Assembly: GCA_965370045.1 (NCBI GenBank)
Contig: CBDUSI010000004.1
Location: forward strand, 4,787-68,786
Direction of reading: 5' to 3'
Source of the DNA: an uncultured bacterium
GTDB lineage: Bacteria > Planctomycetota > SZUA-567 > JAKLDR01
DNA length: 64,000 bases
Part shown: in pieces, positions 53,362-62,592 of the stretch
Numbering within the stretch: position 1 is the stretch's first letter
How the letters are laid out: each line of letters opens with the position of its first letter
Position numbers and translations under genes: made by a program
Notes under the pieces: generated by a model
Seen by the model: only the letters and a program-made list of their open reading frames with translations
Told to the model about the DNA's origin: nothing
Databases searched by the model: none

Positions 53362-55245
53362 GTGCTGACGCCACTGGAACCTTACTGGCTGATGGTTGTG
53401 CCCACCCTGGGCACCATGGTGGGGCTGGGCTTCCTGCTCTTCATCCACGAGTTCGGCCACTTCGCGGTGGCCAAGCGCGCGGGGGTTAAGGTCGAGATCT
53501 TCTCCCTGGGCATCGCCCACTTCATCTTTTCCTGGACCTGGAACGGGACGGTCTACGCGTTGAGCTGGCTGCCGCTGGGCGGCTACGTGCGCATGGCCGG
53601 GCAGCAGGACCTGGCTCCTCCGCCTAATCACAAGCCCAAGCCCTGGGAGTACGGCGCCAAGAAGCCCCTGGTGCGCATGGCCATCATCGTCGCCGGGGTG
53701 ACCATGAACTTCATCGGCGGGTGGCTGTGCTACTCGGCCTCGTTCGCGATCGGCCGGGACGTCGACCCGCCCTGGATCGGCAAGTTGGACATCGAGAAAC
53801 CCGGTCACAAAATGGCCCACGACGCGGGTTTCAGGAGCGGCGACAAGGTCCTGGAGGTGAACGGCGACCGGGTCTACACCCGCGTGGGCCTGGACATGCG
53901 CGTGGCCCGCATCACCCCCAAGACGGAGATAGAGCTGCTGGTCGAGCACCGCGACGGCAGGAAAGAGACCGTGCGCGTCAGGACGCTGCCCCGAATGAAG
54001 GGCATCTCGACCCTCACCATCCTCGATCCGGAGCTCATGCCCTGGAAGTGGGAGACCTTACGGGCCGGTTTCACCGCCGAGCCCGTAATGGTCATCACCC
54101 CTCTGCCCGAAGAGCTGGAGAGTAAGGACTTCCGGGAATGGGCCAAGGTCTTCAAGCCGGCGGACATCATCGAGTCCGCCAATGGCAAACGCTGTCGGAG
54201 GCCGGCGGACTTCGACGAGGTGCTTCGGCACTGCGGCGGCCAGCCCATCCGCTTGAAGGTGCTGGGAGTCGACGGGACCAGGCGGGAAGTGCTTCTGGCC
54301 GTCCTGGGAGCGGACCTGATCGGAGTGAAGTTCGCCGCGGCCGAGGGCCCCGCCACTGTAGTGGGACTGGAGCCGGGCTTCCCGGCGGACAAGGCGGGCA
54401 TCAAACCGGGGGACCGGCTCTACCTCGGCAAGGGACGCAAGTCCACTTCGGTTGAAGAGTTCAAGGCGGCGGTGCAGCGGGCCAAGGGTCGGCCCATCGC
54501 CATCACTGCGGTCAGTCCCGGCGGCGAGGAGCGCCTCCTGCGCATCGCCCCCAGAGGCGTGTGGTTCTCCGACCCCGGTGGCAAGCGCATCACATACTAC
54601 AAATCGCCGATGGGCTTCGCGCAGATCGTCAGGAAGGTCGACCCCGACTCGATGGCCGAGCGCAAGGGGCTCAAGCCCGGCGCCATCCTCCGCACGATCG
54701 TGCTGGCGCGCGATCCGGCGGCACCGATATACGCGACCTGGGCCCACAAGGAGGAGGAGTACGGTCCCCATAAACTGGAGCTCCGGGAAGAGGGCTCCTC
54801 GATCACCTGGAGAAAGCGGACCCAGATCAGGCTGGATCTGGGCGTGGGCGAGTCACTGGTTGCCGGCTGGTCGGAGACCACCGAGACGCTGCTGAGCACC
54901 ACGGTCATCCTGCGCAAGGTGATGAACCGCGAGGTCAGCCCCGGGAAGACGCTCTCCGGGCCGATCAGCATCGTGCGCGTGGCCTACCAGTCGGCGCAGA
55001 AGGGCTTCGGGCGGATGCTCTGGCTCCTGGGGCTCATCGGAATCTCGCTGGCTTTCTTCAACCTCCTGCCCATCCCGGTGCTCGACGGCGGGCACCTGGT
55101 ATTCCTGGGCTACGAGGCCATCTTCCACCGGCCGCCGCCGCCCCGCGTGGTGGAGATCGCCCAGTACACGGGACTGATCCTGATACTGTGTCTCTTCGTT
55201 TTCGTGTTCGGCAACGATATCTTCAGGTGGGTACAGGGCAGGTAG
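53362..55245 (+). CDS. rseP: RIP metalloprotease RseP with multiple PDZ domains
   Basis: HEFGH, LPLGGYVRM, AGVTMN, NLLPIPVLDGGH, several PDZ-like segments. Follows dxr. Confidence 0.9.
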   Translation: MLTPLEPYWLMVVPTLGTMVGLGFLLFIHEFGHFAVAKRAGVKVEIFSLGIAHFIFSWTWNGTVYALSWLPLGGYVRMAGQQDLAPPPNHKPKPWEYGAKKPLVRMAIIVAGVTMNFIGGWLCYSASFAIGRDVDPPWIGKLDIEKPGHKMAHDAGFRSGDKVLEVNGDRVYTRVGLDMRVARITPKTEIELLVEHRDGRKETVRVRTLPRMKGISTLTILDPELMPWKWETLRAGFTAEPVMVITPLPEELESKDFREWAKVFKPADIIESANGKRCRRPADFDEVLRHCGGQPIRLKVLGVDGTRREVLLAVLGADLIGVKFAAAEGPATVVGLEPGFPADKAGIKPGDRLYLGKGRKSTSVEEFKAAVQRAKGRPIAITAVSPGGEERLLRIAPRGVWFSDPGGKRITYYKSPMGFAQIVRKVDPDSMAERKGLKPGAILRTIVLARDPAAPIYATWAHKEEEYGPHKLELREEGSSITWRKRTQIRLDLGVGESLVAGWSETTETLLSTTVILRKVMNREVSPGKTLSGPISIVRVAYQSAQKGFGRMLWLLGLIGISLAFFNLLPIPVLDGGHLVFLGYEAIFHRPPPPRVVEIAQYTGLILILCLFVFVFGNDIFRWVQGR

Positions 55246-55248
55246 AGC

Positions 55249-56523
55249 ATGGCCAGGAAGAAGAAGGTCCGCCGCGACACCGAGCGGCTCAGGAAGGCGG
55301 AGGTCGAACGCGCCCGGGAGGTCACCGAGATACTGCGCGAGGAGCGCGGCGAGGTGACCGGCGAAGTCATCGACATCGCCGCGCGGGACACCGAGCGCTC
55401 CCCCGACAAGCAGGAACTCCTGGACCGCGAGCGCTCCAAGCGGGAGAGCTTCTACTCGGACCTGATCTACAGCCTCTGCAACATCCGCTACGTCGAGCAT
55501 GAAGCCCGTCTCCTGTGGGTGAACCTGCTGGCCCACAAGACGGAGATGAGCGACCGGCTGGGCCGCAACGTGGGCATCCGGGTGGCGGCCCTGGACTACT
55601 TCAAGAACATCGTGGGGATGCTCGACGAGGTCAAGATCGTCGGCGGATCGGAGTTCGTCGAAACCGAGCGGCTGGCCGTAACCGACGGGCTGACAGGGGC
55701 TTTCAACCACCGGTACTTCCAGGACCGCCTGGAGAGAGCAGTCACGCGGGCGCGCGAGCTGTCGCAGCCCCTGTCCCTTTTAATGATTGACATCGATTAC
55801 TTCAAGCAATACAATGACTTAAACGGCCACATTGCTGGGGATGTGGCCCTCCGTGAGATGGCTGCCATCCTCCGCCGCTCGGTCAAGCGCGAGGACACGG
55901 TGGCGCGCTATGGCGGGGAGGAGTTCGCCCTGGTCCTGTTCGAGACCGACAGGACCGAGGCGCGCGGGGTGGCTGAGCGGCTCCGCAAGGCCGTCGAGGA
56001 GGTCGACTTCCCCAACGAGCGGGTGCTTCCCGGCAGGCACCTGACGGTTAGCGTGGGGCTGGCCAGCTTCCCGGATGACGCGACCGAGCGGGCCGCGCTG
56101 ATTGCCCGGGCCGATCAGGCCCTGTACACGGCCAAGCGCTCCGGGCGAAACCGGGTGTGCTGGCGCTTGGACGACTGCCGGGAAACCGAGCGCATCGCGG
56201 CTGCGCAGTTGGGCGCCTTCTGGCGGCCAGAGAACGCCGCGGAAGGGGAGATACACCGCGCCCGGGTGCGGGACATCTCCCCACAGGGCGCGGCCCTCTC
56301 GGTGGAAGCCGCGCCCGCGCCCGGTGAGTTGATGAGGCTGACGCTTACCGGAGACTTCGTCGGCCGGCAACTGGAGGTTCCCGCGCGGGTCCTCTGGAAG
56401 CAGACCGTGCCCGGAGCCGGGAGCCTGATCGGCGTCGGTTTTGAGCCGCAGGTTGGCGGGGTCCGCGAGGAGCTCAAGAAGCTGGTTTCGGACGCGACCG
56501 GCGGCGACGGGACGGAGAAATGA
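55249..56523 (+). CDS. Diguanylate cyclase (GGDEF) with a C-terminal PilZ domain
   Basis: TDGLTGAFNHRYF, DIDYFKQYND..GH..GD, RYGGEEF, AKRSGRNRV. PilZ motifs RETER and DISPQG. Confidence 0.92.
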   Translation: MARKKKVRRDTERLRKAEVERAREVTEILREERGEVTGEVIDIAARDTERSPDKQELLDRERSKRESFYSDLIYSLCNIRYVEHEARLLWVNLLAHKTEMSDRLGRNVGIRVAALDYFKNIVGMLDEVKIVGGSEFVETERLAVTDGLTGAFNHRYFQDRLERAVTRARELSQPLSLLMIDIDYFKQYNDLNGHIAGDVALREMAAILRRSVKREDTVARYGGEEFALVLFETDRTEARGVAERLRKAVEEVDFPNERVLPGRHLTVSVGLASFPDDATERAALIARADQALYTAKRSGRNRVCWRLDDCRETERIAAAQLGAFWRPENAAEGEIHRARVRDISPQGAALSVEAAPAPGELMRLTLTGDFVGRQLEVPARVLWKQTVPGAGSLIGVGFEPQVGGVREELKKLVSDATGGDGTEK

Positions 56524-56556
56524 AGGAACAGGCGAGGGGGATGGGAGCGGGAGAGC

Positions 56557-57684
56557 ATGCCTGAAAAAGGTCAGGAACTCTTCGACATCATGGATGCGGC
56601 CCTCAAGCGCCAGCGCGAGGGTGTTGACGCCACGCAGAAGCGGCAGAAGACCACGCCGGCCAAGCCCAGCGCCCGGCCCGTGAGCCCGTCGGAGATAACA
56701 CCCCAGCCAACCCAGCCGGCCCCTTCGGGGTCGGTGACTCAGGTGCAGCCCATTGCGCCGGTGGCGCCGATGGGCGGACCGCCGCCGCAACCTCAGCCCG
56801 CAGACTCCGGGCGAGTCTCTTCGGTCTACACGGAGCGCCTCAGCAGGGTCCCCGACTCGGCCCGCACCGCGCCGGCCGCCGGGACGCTCAGCCCCGGCGA
56901 GGTGCTGCGCGGCACGGTCTTCACCAGCCAGAAGCCGATTCCCGGCAGCGAGGTCATCGAGCCGGTTGTCGCACCGGACGGCCCGCCGCAGCCCGCCTCG
57001 GTGCGGGTACCGGGCTCCAGCGTGCTGCGTCCGCAGGGCGGACCGATAAGCACGGTGGGTTCGACCATGAGGCCCTCGGGCATATCCGGCGTTTCGACGG
57101 TGTCCGGGGTCCAGTCCGGGGTGTCCGGCCCGCAGCGCAGCGCGGCGATGGCCGGGCAGGGCAGCAAGGCGGGCATCTTCATTTCCACTGAGTTGGCCGT
57201 GCTGGCGGTCATCGGCATGACCCTGGGCCTGGTTTGCGCCTTCTTCCTCGGCTGGCGCGTCGGCGGACGCGCGAAGGATACCATGAGCCCTCCCCGCAGC
57301 ACCCGCAACGGCAAGACGAACGGTGAATCCAACGGCGACCTCAAGATCCTCGACCCCAATGGCATGCAACACGTCAACGTGGGCGACAAGCCCAAGACGA
57401 ACGGCAAGCGTCCGGTTTCGGTTTCGAAGTCCGGGACGGGGAAGTGGACCGTGGAGGTCATGAGCTACGCCAGGGAGCGTCCGGCCAAGGCCATGGTCGG
57501 AAGGCTGGCGCGCGACTACAACGTCACCGGCGCGCGCATTGAGCGCCGCGGCCGGAACTTCGCCGTGTGCATAGGCCGGTACAAGAGAGCCGACGACCCC
57601 GAAGCCCTCAGGGTGAAGAGGGCCATTATCGCCAAGAACCCCCGAACCTTTAGCGGTCCGACGGGTATCGTGAAGCTGCGGTAA
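56557..57684 (+). CDS. Pro-rich membrane protein with a C-terminal SPOR-like domain
   Basis: Low-complexity N-terminus, TM LAVLAVIGMTLGLVCAFFLGW, C-terminal WTVEVMSY...AKAMVGRL...FAVCIGRY. Confidence 0.65.
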   Translation: MPEKGQELFDIMDAALKRQREGVDATQKRQKTTPAKPSARPVSPSEITPQPTQPAPSGSVTQVQPIAPVAPMGGPPPQPQPADSGRVSSVYTERLSRVPDSARTAPAAGTLSPGEVLRGTVFTSQKPIPGSEVIEPVVAPDGPPQPASVRVPGSSVLRPQGGPISTVGSTMRPSGISGVSTVSGVQSGVSGPQRSAAMAGQGSKAGIFISTELAVLAVIGMTLGLVCAFFLGWRVGGRAKDTMSPPRSTRNGKTNGESNGDLKILDPNGMQHVNVGDKPKTNGKRPVSVSKSGTGKWTVEVMSYARERPAKAMVGRLARDYNVTGARIERRGRNFAVCIGRYKRADDPEALRVKRAIIAKNPRTFSGPTGIVKLR

Positions 57685-57748
57685 GGAGCGACGGAGCTTG
57701 CCCCCCAAGTCACGCCCGGAAGCGACGGCCACCGCGCACTGCGTGCCC

Positions 57749-58600
57749 ATGCGCCCGGAGTGCGTGCCCTGCGCGCTCAAGAGCGCGCTGACCGCCGTCC
57801 GCCAGGTCTCCAGCGACGACTGGCTGGCTGCCAAGGTCCTCCAGACGGTGATGGCTGACATGCCCGAGGTGGACCCCGAGCGCAGCCCGGCGGAATACTC
57901 CATGGAGGTGCTGGGCAAGGCCCTCAAGGTGGCCGGCAACGCCGATCCCTACAAGGAGGAGCGCGCCCGCCAGAACGCCGCCGCCCGCGAACTCCTGCCG
58001 CTGGCCGAGAAAGCCCTCGACGGCTCCGACGACCGGCTGGAGACCGCCGCGCGGCTGGCCCTGGCCGGGAACTGCTTCGACCCGCTGCTCGAAGAATTCG
58101 ACCCCGCCGAGTACCTGGAGCGCGCCCTGTCCGAGAAGTCCGCGCGCTTCGACTACGCCGACTTCCGCCAGGCGGCGCGCGCGGCCGAAAGCATCGTCTA
58201 CGTTCTGGACAACTGCGGCGAGGCGGTCTTCGACAAGCTGCTGGTCCGCGAGCTGGCCGGCAAGGACCGCTCCATCAGCGTGGCCGTGCGCCACTCGCCG
58301 GTGCTCAACGACGCCACCCGCCAGGAGGCCGAGGAGCTGTCCTTCAGCGACGAGAGCACCATCATTGATCCCGGCAAGGCCATGCTCGGCGTGGTGCTCA
58401 GTTACGCCTCCGCGCAGTTCCGCGAGACGTTCAAGTCCGCGGACATGGTCATCGCCAAGGGCCAGGCCAACTACGAGACGCTGGCCGCGGCCGAGCGGGA
58501 CATTTTCTTTCTCTTACAGGTCAAGTGCCAGGTTGTGGCCCAGCATCTGGGCCTTGCGTGCGGCGATGCCTGCCTGGCCTACAGGCGTTCGGGAAGCTAG
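57749..58600 (+). CDS. ARMT1-like / DUF89 damage-control phosphatase
   Basis: PECVPC, ADPYKEER, ALAGNCFD, YVLDNCGE, PVLNDAT, KGQANYETL. Confidence 0.85.
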   Translation: MRPECVPCALKSALTAVRQVSSDDWLAAKVLQTVMADMPEVDPERSPAEYSMEVLGKALKVAGNADPYKEERARQNAAARELLPLAEKALDGSDDRLETAARLALAGNCFDPLLEEFDPAEYLERALSEKSARFDYADFRQAARAAESIVYVLDNCGEAVFDKLLVRELAGKDRSISVAVRHSPVLNDATRQEAEELSFSDESTIIDPGKAMLGVVLSYASAQFRETFKSADMVIAKGQANYETLAAAERDIFFLLQVKCQVVAQHLGLACGDACLAYRRSGS

Positions 58601-58619
58601 AAACACGGAGAGGGGCACC

Positions 58620-58922
58620 ATGAGTCTGCATTCGAGTCTCAAGAAATCAAACGCTGCCGGCGGGCACCGCAACGTGCTCACGCGCGAGGAGCGTCTGGCC
58701 AAGCTCGCCGACGAGGAGAAGTGGGGCGAGAGCACCGACTCCATCTACGGCCTGCCCAAGGTGCGCAGCATCAAGCTGCGCGTCAAGAAGAAGCCCAAGA
58801 AGAAGGACGTCGAGGGCGAGGGCGAGGCTGTGGCCGGTGAGGAGATCGCCGGTGCCGCTGACGCCGCAGCCGCTCCCGGGACCGCTGCGCCCAGCGCCGG
58901 AGGGGCCGAGAAGAAGAAATAG
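58620..58922 (+). CDS. PVC-type small basic protein
   Basis: MSLHSSLK....GGHRNVLTREERL...KW.....IYGLPKVR matches the Chlamydiae/Verrucomicrobia/Planctomycetes small basic protein pattern. Confidence 0.85.
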   Translation: MSLHSSLKKSNAAGGHRNVLTREERLAKLADEEKWGESTDSIYGLPKVRSIKLRVKKKPKKKDVEGEGEAVAGEEIAGAADAAAAPGTAAPSAGGAEKKK

Positions 58923-59033
58923 CGCTTCGGCCGGGGCCAGCTGGTTCTCACGCAGAAGGGGATAGTACATGTCCGCCGAGGCCGCCGAGCGGGTGCGCCG
59001 CGCGCTGCTGGATGAGTCGCTGGGGGCCGCATC

Positions 59034-60158
59034 GTGATCTCGAAGCGGGCCCGGAACATGGACTTCTCCGGCATCCGCAAGGTATTCGACCTGGCCAGGG
59101 AGGTCGAGAACCCCCTGGACCTCTCCATCGGCCAGCCGGACTTCGACGTGGCCGACCAGCTCAAGGCCGTCGCCCTGGAGGCGCTGGAGGCCGGCAGGAA
59201 CAAGTACGCGCCCACCATGGGGCTGCCGGAGTTCCGCGAGGCGGTCGGCGCGCACCTGAAAGACCGCTACGGCCTGGCGCCCGGGGAATTCCTGATCACC
59301 GCTGGCGTCTCCGGGGGCTTGGCCCTGTCCATGCTCGCGCTCCTGGAGCCCGGCGACGAAGTGCTGGTGCCCGACCCCTACTTCGTGAGCTACAAGCAGC
59401 TGGCGACGCTCAGCGGAGCGAAGCCGGTCTTCTACGATATTTACCCCGACTGGCGGCCGGACGCCTCCAGGATCGAACCGCTGGTCACCGAGCGGACCAA
59501 GGTCCTGCTGGTCAACTCGCCGAGCAACCCCACCGGCGCGGTCATCGCCGAGGACGACCTCAAGGGACTCGCCGATCTCGCGCGGCGGCACAACCTGACA
59601 GTGGTCAGCGACGAGATCTACGACGATTTCTTTTACGACGGCGAACCGGTGCCGAGCTTCGGTACGCTCTATCCGCAGACGGTGGTGCTCAACGGCTTCT
59701 CCAAGAGCCAGGCCATGACCGGCTGGCGGGTGGGCTGGGCCGCGGGCCCCAAAGAGATCATCGCGGCCATGGCCAAGATACAGCAGTTCACCTTCGTCAC
59801 CGTGCCGCCGCCTTTCCAGCTGGCGGCCGCCCACTCCCTGCGGGCGGGGGGCGCGCCGGCCGCGGGGCACCTGGAAGCCTACCGCGCCAAGCGCGACCTC
59901 ATGCACGGGCTCCTGGCGCCCCGCTTTGAGCTCGAGCGGCCCGCGGGAGCCTTCTATGCGTTTCCACGGGCGCCCTGGGGCACGGCGCGGGAGTTCGTGG
60001 CCGCGGCCATCGCGCGCCGGGTGCTGGCCATTCCGGGGTCGGTGTTCTCAGAGAAGGACAGCCATTTTCGCCTGTCCTTCGCGGCCAATGACGAGGTCAT
60101 AAGAGAGGGCTGCGGGATTCTCTGCGAGCTGGCCGAACGGGGGCAATCGAAGGCCTGA
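59034..60158 (+). CDS. Aminotransferase class I/II (aspartate aminotransferase-like)
   Basis: SGIRKVFDLA, LSIGQPDF, VNSPSNPTG, SDEIYD, GFSKSQAMTGWRVGW. Confidence 0.92.
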   Translation: MISKRARNMDFSGIRKVFDLAREVENPLDLSIGQPDFDVADQLKAVALEALEAGRNKYAPTMGLPEFREAVGAHLKDRYGLAPGEFLITAGVSGGLALSMLALLEPGDEVLVPDPYFVSYKQLATLSGAKPVFYDIYPDWRPDASRIEPLVTERTKVLLVNSPSNPTGAVIAEDDLKGLADLARRHNLTVVSDEIYDDFFYDGEPVPSFGTLYPQTVVLNGFSKSQAMTGWRVGWAAGPKEIIAAMAKIQQFTFVTVPPPFQLAAAHSLRAGGAPAAGHLEAYRAKRDLMHGLLAPRFELERPAGAFYAFPRAPWGTAREFVAAAIARRVLAIPGSVFSEKDSHFRLSFAANDEVIREGCGILCELAERGQSKA

Positions 60159-60269
60159 CCCTTGAGCCCTGCCGTCAGCAGGGCGTTCGCTGAGAGCTGA
60201 GGACGGTCCTGGAAAGGGCTGGCAAAGACGCTTTCCAGGCGCTAGAATTCCGCGCGGGAGCGTCAGGCA

Positions 60270-60977
60270 ATGAGCACGAAACTGGTTGACAGCCGCACCG
60301 GCCGGGAGCACCTCGTAACCGAGGAAGGCACCACTATAGGCCGCCACGCGGACAACGTCATAGCCCTGCCCGGCCGGGCGGTGAGCCGCTTCCACGCCGA
60401 GATCAGCCTGGGTGAGCCGGGCTGGGTGCTGGAGGACCACGGCAGCACCTACGGCACCTACGTCAACGGCGAGAAGGTCGAGGGCGTGGTGCCCGTCAAG
60501 GACGGCGACAAGATACGCCTGGCGGTTTCGCGCTCCTCGCCCGAGGGCGAGTTCAACTTCGTGTTCCGCTGCGAGAAGAGCGGGGTGGGCACGCGCGTCA
60601 AGCGCGCCGCCCGGGCCATCGTCGGCCGCAAGAAGGTGGACCTGGGCAGGCTGATCTTCGAGCGCAACGAAGGCGTGCTGCTCGTGCGCATGAACGGGAT
60701 ATTCCGCCGTCGGGAGGTCGACGCTCTGGAGAAGGGCATCGCCAAGCAACTCGCTGAGGGCGATCGCAACGTGGTCCTGGACCTCGGCGCGGTCATCTAC
60801 ATGAACAGCTACGGCCTGGCCTGCCTCGTGAAGCTGGCCTCCCGGCAGCGGGAACGTGGCAAATCCCTGCGGGTCTTCAGCGCCGCGGGCACCGTGCTCA
60901 AACTGCTGAAGATGGTCGGTTCGGAAAGCCCCATCGAACTCAAGGCCAGCGAAGAGGAGGCCCTCCAGGGCACCTGA
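60270..60977 (+). CDS. FHA domain plus STAS domain protein
   Basis: FHA IGRHADNVI...VSRFHA...LEDHGSTYGTYVNG. STAS VVLDLGAVIYMNSYGLACL. Confidence 0.88.
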   Translation: MSTKLVDSRTGREHLVTEEGTTIGRHADNVIALPGRAVSRFHAEISLGEPGWVLEDHGSTYGTYVNGEKVEGVVPVKDGDKIRLAVSRSSPEGEFNFVFRCEKSGVGTRVKRAARAIVGRKKVDLGRLIFERNEGVLLVRMNGIFRRREVDALEKGIAKQLAEGDRNVVLDLGAVIYMNSYGLACLVKLASRQRERGKSLRVFSAAGTVLKLLKMVGSESPIELKASEEEALQGT

Positions 60978-61092
60978 GCGCTTCGCCCCGCCGTTGTCTT
61001 ATTTGCCCACTCGGCCGGGGCAGTGCCTTTGGCCTTGACGCGAAGCCGCCGGGGAGCGATATTCGAACCTGAGAGGCCGTCAGGAGACGCTC

Positions 61093-62592
61093 ATGTCCGC
61101 TCCGGGTATCCGCAGCCTGGTCGACGTCTGGAACGAGTGCGTGCGGCGCTTCCCGCGCCGTGTCGGGGTGCGCGCGGCGGGGAGCGTCTGGAGCTACGCG
61201 GAACTCGGCGCCCGGGCCGGCTCGCTGGCCGGGGCGCTGGTAGAGCGCTTCGGCGTGAAGAAGGGCGACCGGGTCGGCATCTACATGGAGAACTCGCCCG
61301 AGTTCTTCCTGGCCTACTGGGCGGCCCACCTGGCCGGCGGGATCGCCTGCGCGGTCAGCCCCCGGCTGGGAGAGCGCGAGGCCGCCTACGTGCTCCGCAC
61401 CACGGCCCCCCGCGTCGTATTTCACGACGACGGCGCCCCACCGCCCGTCGAGAAGGACGTAGTCGCGCACTTCCTCTCCCGCGAAGAGCTTGCGTCACTG
61501 GCGGACGAGGGGCTTCCCCCGCCGGCCGCGCCGGATACCGCCGGCGGCGACCTGGCCGTCCTGGCGCACACATCAGGAACCACCGGCGAGCCCAAGATCG
61601 CCGAGGTCACCCACGAGAATCTGCTCTTCAACCTGCGAACCGCCATCTTCGCCCACTCGCTGCGCCACGAGGACGCGATTCTCCTGGGCGTGCCCATGTT
61701 CCACTGCACGCCGCTCTACAGCCTGATGCCCGCGGCCGCCTACCTGGGCTCGACGCTGGTGATCACCGCCGAAACCAGCGCCGTCAAGCTGGCCCGCGTC
61801 GCCGCGCGCGAGGACGCCAGCGTCTGGTTCGGCGTGCCGACTACTTTCCACCAGCTGGCCGCCGCGCCGGGGCTGGAGGAGGGGGCGCTCGACGGACTGC
61901 GCCTCCTGGCATATGCCGGCAGCCCCATGCGCCCGGACACCATCCGGCGGCTGAAGGCGCGTTGGCCGCGCCTGGCGCTGCACAACTTCTTCGGGCTTAC
62001 CGAGACCATCTCCATGACCCACGTCCTGCCGGCCTGCGACGCGCTGGAGCGCGCGGACTCGGTAGGCAAGACGCTGCCCGAGGTCTACCTGCGCATCGTT
62101 GGCGAGGACGGCAGTGAGGCGCCCCGCGGCGAGGTCGGCGAGCTGTGTTTTTACCGCTCGAACGTCATTGGCGCTTACTGGGCCAAGCCGGAGCTGCTGG
62201 AGCAGTCCTTCGACGGCGACTGGTTCCGCACCGGCGACCTGGCCAGCGAGGACGCCGACGGCTACCTCTACATGAGGGGCCGCAGCAAGGACATGATCAT
62301 CGTCTCCGGCGAGAACGTCTACGCCGCGGAGGTCGAGGCGGTGCTGGCCCGCTGCCCCGGCGTCTCCGACGTCGCCGCCGTCGGCGTCCCCGCCGAGGGG
62401 GTGCGCGCCTCGCTCGGCGAGCTGGTCAAGGCCGTCGTGGTGCGCGCGCCTGACGTCCAGCTGGCCGAGCTCGACGTGAAGCGCTTCGCCTCCAAGGAGC
62501 TGGCCAGCTACAAGGTGCCCCACATCGTGGAGTTCCGCGACGAGCTGCCCCGCAACCCGTCGGGCAAGGTGCTCAAGGAGAAGCTGAGATGA
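61093..62592 (+). CDS. AMP-dependent acyl-CoA synthetase (class I adenylate-forming enzyme)
   Basis: HTSGTTGEPK, FGLTET, WFRTGDL, GRSKDMII.SGENVY, LPRNPSGKVLK. Confidence 0.92.
   Translation: MSAPGIRSLVDVWNECVRRFPRRVGVRAAGSVWSYAELGARAGSLAGALVERFGVKKGDRVGIYMENSPEFFLAYWAAHLAGGIACAVSPRLGEREAAYVLRTTAPRVVFHDDGAPPPVEKDVVAHFLSREELASLADEGLPPPAAPDTAGGDLAVLAHTSGTTGEPKIAEVTHENLLFNLRTAIFAHSLRHEDAILLGVPMFHCTPLYSLMPAAAYLGSTLVITAETSAVKLARVAAREDASVWFGVPTTFHQLAAAPGLEEGALDGLRLLAYAGSPMRPDTIRRLKARWPRLALHNFFGLTETISMTHVLPACDALERADSVGKTLPEVYLRIVGEDGSEAPRGEVGELCFYRSNVIGAYWAKPELLEQSFDGDWFRTGDLASEDADGYLYMRGRSKDMIIVSGENVYAAEVEAVLARCPGVSDVAAVGVPAEGVRASLGELVKAVVVRAPDVQLAELDVKRFASKELASYKVPHIVEFRDELPRNPSGKVLKEKLR

Noticed and set aside
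55819-57939. 706-aa minus-strand ORF, and similar long shadows (1459-2739, 21361-23055, 29701-31389, 46705-48528, 52243-53949)
   Set aside because: They lie opposite or out of frame to well-supported genes and have no recognisable domains.
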